Of a DNA stretch of 64,000 bases, positions 58,656-64,000 are shown in pieces. Position numbers and translations under genes: made by a program. The stretch covers positions 35,342,001 to 35,406,000 of the forward strand of contig NC_087436.1 of assembly GCF_036321535.1 (NCBI RefSeq), in the 5' to 3' direction. Below the pieces are notes generated by a model, which saw nothing but the letters and a program-made list of their open reading frames with translations, ran no database searches and was not told where the DNA came from. How positions within the stretch are numbered: position 1 is the first letter of the stretch; each line of letters starts with the position of its first letter. This stretch comes from Camelus dromedarius (lineage: Eukaryota).

Positions 58656-61331
58656 TTTATAATGGTTTAAAAATTACAGATATTAAGAATGACATTCAGG
58701 GATTATTTTAATATAAAAGATATCCAAGTGATTTTAAATCTCATTTTATTTTTTGTATATCAACAAGGTAGCTAAAAAATCACAGAGTTAACAGTCCCGC
58801 TAACAGATGGTACAAACAAAGCTGCTCTTTAACAAAGTAACTTGAGCCTATCTTAAAATTTCAACTTTTTTGTTTCACTCCTTTTGTCCTCACCTTTTTC
58901 TTTTCTTTCCTGTCTTTTCAAAGGGTTTTTAAAGTGCCTGTTTCAATTTTTTTCCATGTTCCTACTCTTAATTGTCATCTTGTACATGAGGGTTTTCAGT
59001 TGGTATGGATGTATGCTGTTATTTGCTTCTGGAAATTTTATTACTTGATTTCTCTTAGTTTATTTCCTTTCTACAGTGTGTTTCAATTATCTCCTTCTCA
59101 ATAAGTATGTTTGTATAGCTAGTTTAGATTTACTGGTGAATCTTAGAATGTCTAAATGAGTCACCCAGTTCATCATCCCAGAAAAAGTACAAGATATTGA
59201 AAGAAGAAGAGATCCTCTACTTGCTGCTTTTCTGAATCGCTCCATCTGCACCCTCACCTCTGACTTCAGTCCTACCCCATGTGAGGGAATGTGCTGATTA
59301 GAGTTTCATCTATCTTTTAAAGTTCACATACAGGAAAGAAGAAATACTTTATGTATGTGTATTGCTGTTTTAACCTGAATATTCAAAAATACCTGGCTAA
59401 TGCATACACTAGACTCAGGTTTAAAATTCTCTGGTTAAATATATACAATATCCAAGGAAAAACTAATCAAGGGAAGAGTTCAATCCAAAAGAAAGATCAC
59501 ATGAGGATGGACATGCCTAAGTGTGAAAATGCCAGATCTTTCCTTATAATACAAAATGACAGCATGCAAAAGCCTTTACTGATTTTCAGCTGTTAAATTC
59601 ATTATCTTACATAATGGGCTTTCCAGGTAAATCAGCAGAGGGATGTAAAATTGCATAAATTTGTTCACCAGGTTGTAAATGTGCCAGAGTAGCTGTTTTT
59701 CAGGTATTCGAGTTGACCCAATAGCTGAATGCTCACTTGTGTTAGTAGGTAATAAAATACTCACGGCTGGACCTCCTTCTGGTCAGGTGCCAAGCTAATT
59801 ATCTATTACCTGATATTATCCAGGAGTCCTCTTTATGTACTTCTGGTGCAAGCAGGTAAACTACTTAATCCTTCCTCCAAATACACTAATCTGAAACTAG
59901 TCTAGATAAAAATAAAAGTGAATAATAACCATAATTTTAAAGTAAATCACCAAATAAGTTCACTGACATAAGTCTTGAGGCATTGCTAGTGATCCAGTGG
60001 AATGTTCCTTCTGTCATTTCTTATACTTGGAAGCAATCTATTGAAAGAGGTGAGAACAAAACAAGGCTAACTGATCCATCAACATGATTACTGACAAAAG
60101 AAGAAAACAGGTTTTCCAATGTTGTGTTCTCACTTTATTACAGAAGAAAAAATGGCTCAAGATTACATAATTGGGAATGAAGGAACCAGGAAGAGATCTG
60201 AATCACTATGACTTATTGGTTTTTTACAACCCTTATTGCACTGAATAGCTGCTTCTTTTTATATCATATTGAGTACTGCTATGTTTAAGCCATTATAAAA
60301 TCACAAAGTTGAACTGTGGAAATGGCTCTAAGTAGACATTATGATCTGGATACCTATTACAAACAGTATTTATGCAGAAGGAAGAAATTCTTAAGAGATC
60401 TGAATAAGCCTGTCATTCGTTTGCTTACTTATTACTGAACATACATGAGCACTATTTCCTTTCTTTATAAGTGTATTAAATTTGGAAGAAACTAGTACTG
60501 GAAGTATACTATAAGATACACTCATAATAATTACAACAGTAGACTTCAAGGCAGTGTCTATGAGAGGCTTTGGTGTGCTTGGATTATACTAAACAAACCC
60601 TGAACAAACAAGAATAAGATTCTTATGGATGTGTCGCTTTGTTGTAGCTCCTCGTGGCCCATCTAAAGTGCTTATAAGCAGGTGAATTTTACATCTTCCT
60701 GAATTAAACATGTTATTCTGTTTTAAATACATTATTTGTTTCTATTGTACAAGTACTACTTGATTTGCCATGTTTAATTTTTTAGTATCTTAAACATGTA
60801 TTGATTTAATTCTAAACACCAAGTATTATTATACAATACTTCCATTACTCTAGACTGCAAGTAATCCCCCTAATGATTCAGTTGAACTGGAGATTTGAAA
60901 AATAAAAACAGACTTAAAGGCATTAAGAGAGTGATAGAATGATAACTTTAACTCATAAAAGGGTACCAATTTCACCAATTTACTTAGCTAAGTGATATCT
61001 AAGACTAGAAAATAATATTTAAGATTAATTTTATTTTTGTGAGTTTGTTTTATTTTTAATGTAGTTTTATCAATACAAATTTTCTGTTAGAATAGCAGGA
61101 ATAAAAAATGCCTATTATTGAGTAAATCCTAGTTACACTCTTAAATTGAAAATGTCATTTAAATTTAAGTGTAATTTAATAAATATTTATAGAGACACTG
61201 TTGAAGACACATGCTCGGAAGTTGATGGTAGGAGATGGCTTATAAAAAAAAAGTCATAATAATCCAGTTTTTAAAAAAATAGAAAATCATGTACTTTTAT
61301 GATTGTTTCAGGATGTAAATTTCAGTTGTAT

Positions 61332-61715
61332 GTTAATTCATTTATCCAATGTTTATTGAATACCACCTCTCCTTCAGGCTGTGTAGGCACTGGGGTCTCT
61401 AACAGTGAATTGAACCCAGAATAGTGCACTACACAAGTAAAGTTAGGTCTGCACACAGTACAAAAATGGCATGAGAAGCATTTAAAAGTAAACCCAAGAG
61501 AGCTGAAGTCAGGAAAGAGGAAATATCTGGCTAGGGGCATCAGCTCTTCCTGAAGGAGGAAGCATTTAATTTCGAGCTTGAAGGATGGCTAAGATTTCAA
61601 CAATTAAAGGGAGGAGGGCTTTCCTCAGAGTTATAATTAACAGTATGTGCAAAGGCAGGAGGTAAGAACTCAGGAAGTATGCAAGAAGAGGTAGCATGGG
61701 GGATTTTCTGGCTGT
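61332..61715 (-). mobile_element. L2 3' part
   Basis: 'ttcatttatccaatgtttattgaataccacct...aggcactgggg...cttcctgaaggaggaagcattt...gcttgaaggatg...atgtgcaaaggcaggagg'. Confidence 0.75.
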
Positions 61716-61889
61716 GATATTGTGTATTAACCCATACTATCATTTATACTTCTCAGACGAGATGATGGGTTGAGTGATTTCTAAGCAATTAGGAAATTTG
61801 AGATCCTTTTTCTCTTCTTCTTGGTAAATTGTTTCCCTGTTTTTTTGTTTTTCTTTTTTTCATTCTCAGTAGCATATTAGTAAGAACCA

Positions 61890-62705
61890 ATTCCATTCTT
61901 GTTCTGCTCTGATCCATTTCTGTATGGCAGCAGCCAGAGATTCTTTAAAATGCAGATGTGAGGATGTCACTCCTCTGCTTAAAACTCATCAATGTTTTCT
62001 CCTTTTACAGTTCCTGAAATAAAATAAAATAAAGGAAAAGAAAGAAAATAAAATCTAACAAAGTATTGTCTGACTCAGAGCCTCTGAAGAAGTTCTTCCC
62101 TCCACCAAAAAAACTTTTCCTCCCAATTTGCCACACTAGTTATGATTTATCATCATTAGAAATCAATAAATGTCAGTTTCTTCCCTGATTCATCTAACCT
62201 AAATGAAGTTTTCTTTTAATTCTCTCTTGTGGGGCTCCTAATCCTTTTCTTTTTTCCATTACTTATCACAACTTGTAACTGTTTGTCACTTACATGTTTA
62301 CTTATATCATGATACTCAATACCCGTTCCCAGATCTTCTATCCAAGTAGAGTAGAAGCTCCATTAAAAAGGCATCATTTTATAATATATATAAAATAGAT
62401 AAGCAACAAATTTATACTGTATAGCACAGGGAAATATATTCAATATCTTGTAGTAACTTACGATAAAAAAGAATATGAAAACAAATATATGTATGTTCAT
62501 GTATGACTGAAGCATTGTGCTGAACACCAGAAATTGACACAACATTGTAAACTGACTACACTTCAATAAATATTTATATATATATATATATGTATACCCC
62601 AAAATAAAGGCATCATTTTAGGTGTGATTTACCATTGTGGACCCAATACCCAGTGTACCATCTGAAGGTAAGATGGTATGCAACAAACATTGGTTGAATA
62701 AATCA
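61890..62705 (+). mobile_element. L2 3' part, split by a young L1 insertion
   Basis: 'cagcagccagag...atgtcactcctctgcttaaaactcatcaatg', then 'tagagtagaagctccat' [L1] '...caacaaacattggttgaataaat'. Confidence 0.7.
62382..62605 (+). mobile_element. Young, heavily 5'-truncated camelid-type L1 3' end with a 15-bp TSD
   Basis: 'tataaaatagataagcaacaaatttatactgtatagcacagggaaatatattcaatatcttgtagtaac...caccagaaattgacacaacattgtaaactgactacacttcaataaa' plus a (TA)n tail. AAAGGCATCATTTTA lies at 62367-62381 and 62606-62620. Confidence 0.92.
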
Positions 62706-63001
62706 CTTTACATATCCTGAAATCCTTTTTCATATTCTGAAGCATAAAAGTACATGATTTCTTTAAGTGGTTTATTATGATTCCTGTTTTCATTAAAATC
62801 TAAGCCAGAATTATTACTTGCAATTAAAGGGAGAAAATATTTCTTGAGTATCAAACTCTCTGTCAAAGTAAGTTTAGCATGTTGATTTGATGAGCAATAT
62901 TCTTTTTATATTCAGCTTCAATTTCCCAAGCATCTGGGCATCCAGCAGAAAGTCTTTAAAGTTATAACAATACATTTCCTTCTGCAGCTCTGGAAAGCAG
63001 A

Positions 63002-63003
<2 letters not shown>

Positions 63004-63044
<41 letters not shown>
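63004..63044. repeat. (AC)20 microsatellite
   Basis: Directly visible. Confidence 0.95.
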
Positions 63045-63045
<1 letters not shown>

Positions 63046-63242
63046 CTCTCTAAGTATGAAGGTTGGCATTCCACTTGGTTGTTAGTCTTACAGCCACAGA
63101 AAATGGAAATGAAGGGCCACAGAGAAGAAAGTGAAAGTAGGTAAGGAAGGTAAATGCTAGATTCCATTTCAGCTATTCCTGAATCATATTAAATTATGGA
63201 ACCAGAGTAGCTGAATCTCATCGAAAGCTAGGAATTATATAG

Positions 63243-63778
63243 TGTGGCAGATCGGATTTTCCAAAAATCGATCCTGTCTTCCATTCTCATTTATAACGTG
63301 ACCTTTACTCTGATCAAAAAGTGGGGTCTATGAACCGCTTCATTAAATAAGGGTGGGCTTCACACTCACTTGGAACCAACAGAATGAGACCCACGATAAG
63401 CTGCATTACTTGCGAGGCTAGGTCAGAAAAGGTCGTCCCGTTTCTACATACATTCATATTACAACCCGGCCACAGAAGGAAAGTGATGAAAATGAGGTAA
63501 AGATCATCTCCCGGGTTCTCACATTTTTCTTTTTCTTCTATAACATGTTCTTGGCTAAAGAGATGAAACTTTCCCCCCCTTTCTCCATCATCACTTTCCA
63601 GATTTCATCATTTCAAAGCAGCCTTGCCTTTGAGTCTTCCCAGCTGAGGCCCCAGGCAGTATGGAGCAGAGTCAAGCCTTCCAAATTCCTGACCCACACA
63701 ATTCATGAGCATAATAAAATGGTTGTCGTCTTACATCGCTAAATAAGGGGTGGTTTATTAGACAGACAAATTTTACTG
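63243..63778 (+). mobile_element. MLT1H-like MaLR LTR, CpG-rich in its 5' half
   Basis: 'tgtggcaga...ttttccaaaaat...aagtggggtctatg...accaacagaatg...gaggctaggtcagaaaagg', then 'tcttcccagctgaggcccag...gagcagagtcaagccttcc..aattcctgacccaca...gagcataataaaatggttgt'. Confidence 0.8.
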
Positions 63779-64000
63779 TTTAGCATGACATACAAATCTC
63801 TTATGATTTAAATTACCTTTATAGTGCCATTTATTTTTTAGCCAAACTCACCTTGGTCATAAAAAGTCAAAGTTATCGTACTTGTTCTTTGGTTGAGACT
63901 TCTGTTTTCATCTCTGCAGCATCATCTAACTTGAGCTTGCTCCTCACAAGAGATGGCGTCTAACCCAAAAACTCAGCTCCAAAGTTAGGGGCTGCTGCCT

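Noticed and set aside
1..64000. CRISPR array, operon, defence system or endogenous viral coding sequence
   Set aside because: No regularly spaced repeats, no gene-dense ORF layout and no gag/pol/env or other viral peptide in the ORF track. The remaining ORFs of 60-120 aa are at chance length or derive from repeats.

Overview
AT-rich, CpG-depleted mammalian genomic DNA, either intergenic or deep intronic. It is most likely from a camelid (alpaca, llama or camel): it carries a tRNA-derived Vic-1-type SINE at ~49.0 kb and a camelid-type L1 3' end at ~62.4 kb. I can support no intact protein-coding gene, tRNA/rRNA gene, CRISPR array or prokaryotic-type system. The only ORFs with a recognisable protein are dead L1 ORF2 pieces. 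A large part of the window is transposon debris: L1 and HAL1-like fragments, L2, MIR, MaLR/ERVL solo LTRs (MLT1, MLT2) and DNA transposons (MER20, MER5-like, MER104-like), with several nested insertions and readable target-site duplications (TSDs). The most interesting non-repeat signals are: (i) a repeat-poor block at ~31.5-37.6 kb with a CpG microcluster, motif clusters and a minus-strand first-exon-like element; (ii) minus-strand micro-exon candidates at 9.6 and 24.0 kb; (iii) an old MLT1 LTR at 63.2 kb that is unusually CpG-rich; (iv) an L1 that keeps its 5' end but has lost ORF1 and its 3' part. I did not find a convincing novel biological system. Repeat family names come from my recall of consensus sequences and boundaries are approximate; both need a RepeatMasker/Dfam run to confirm.
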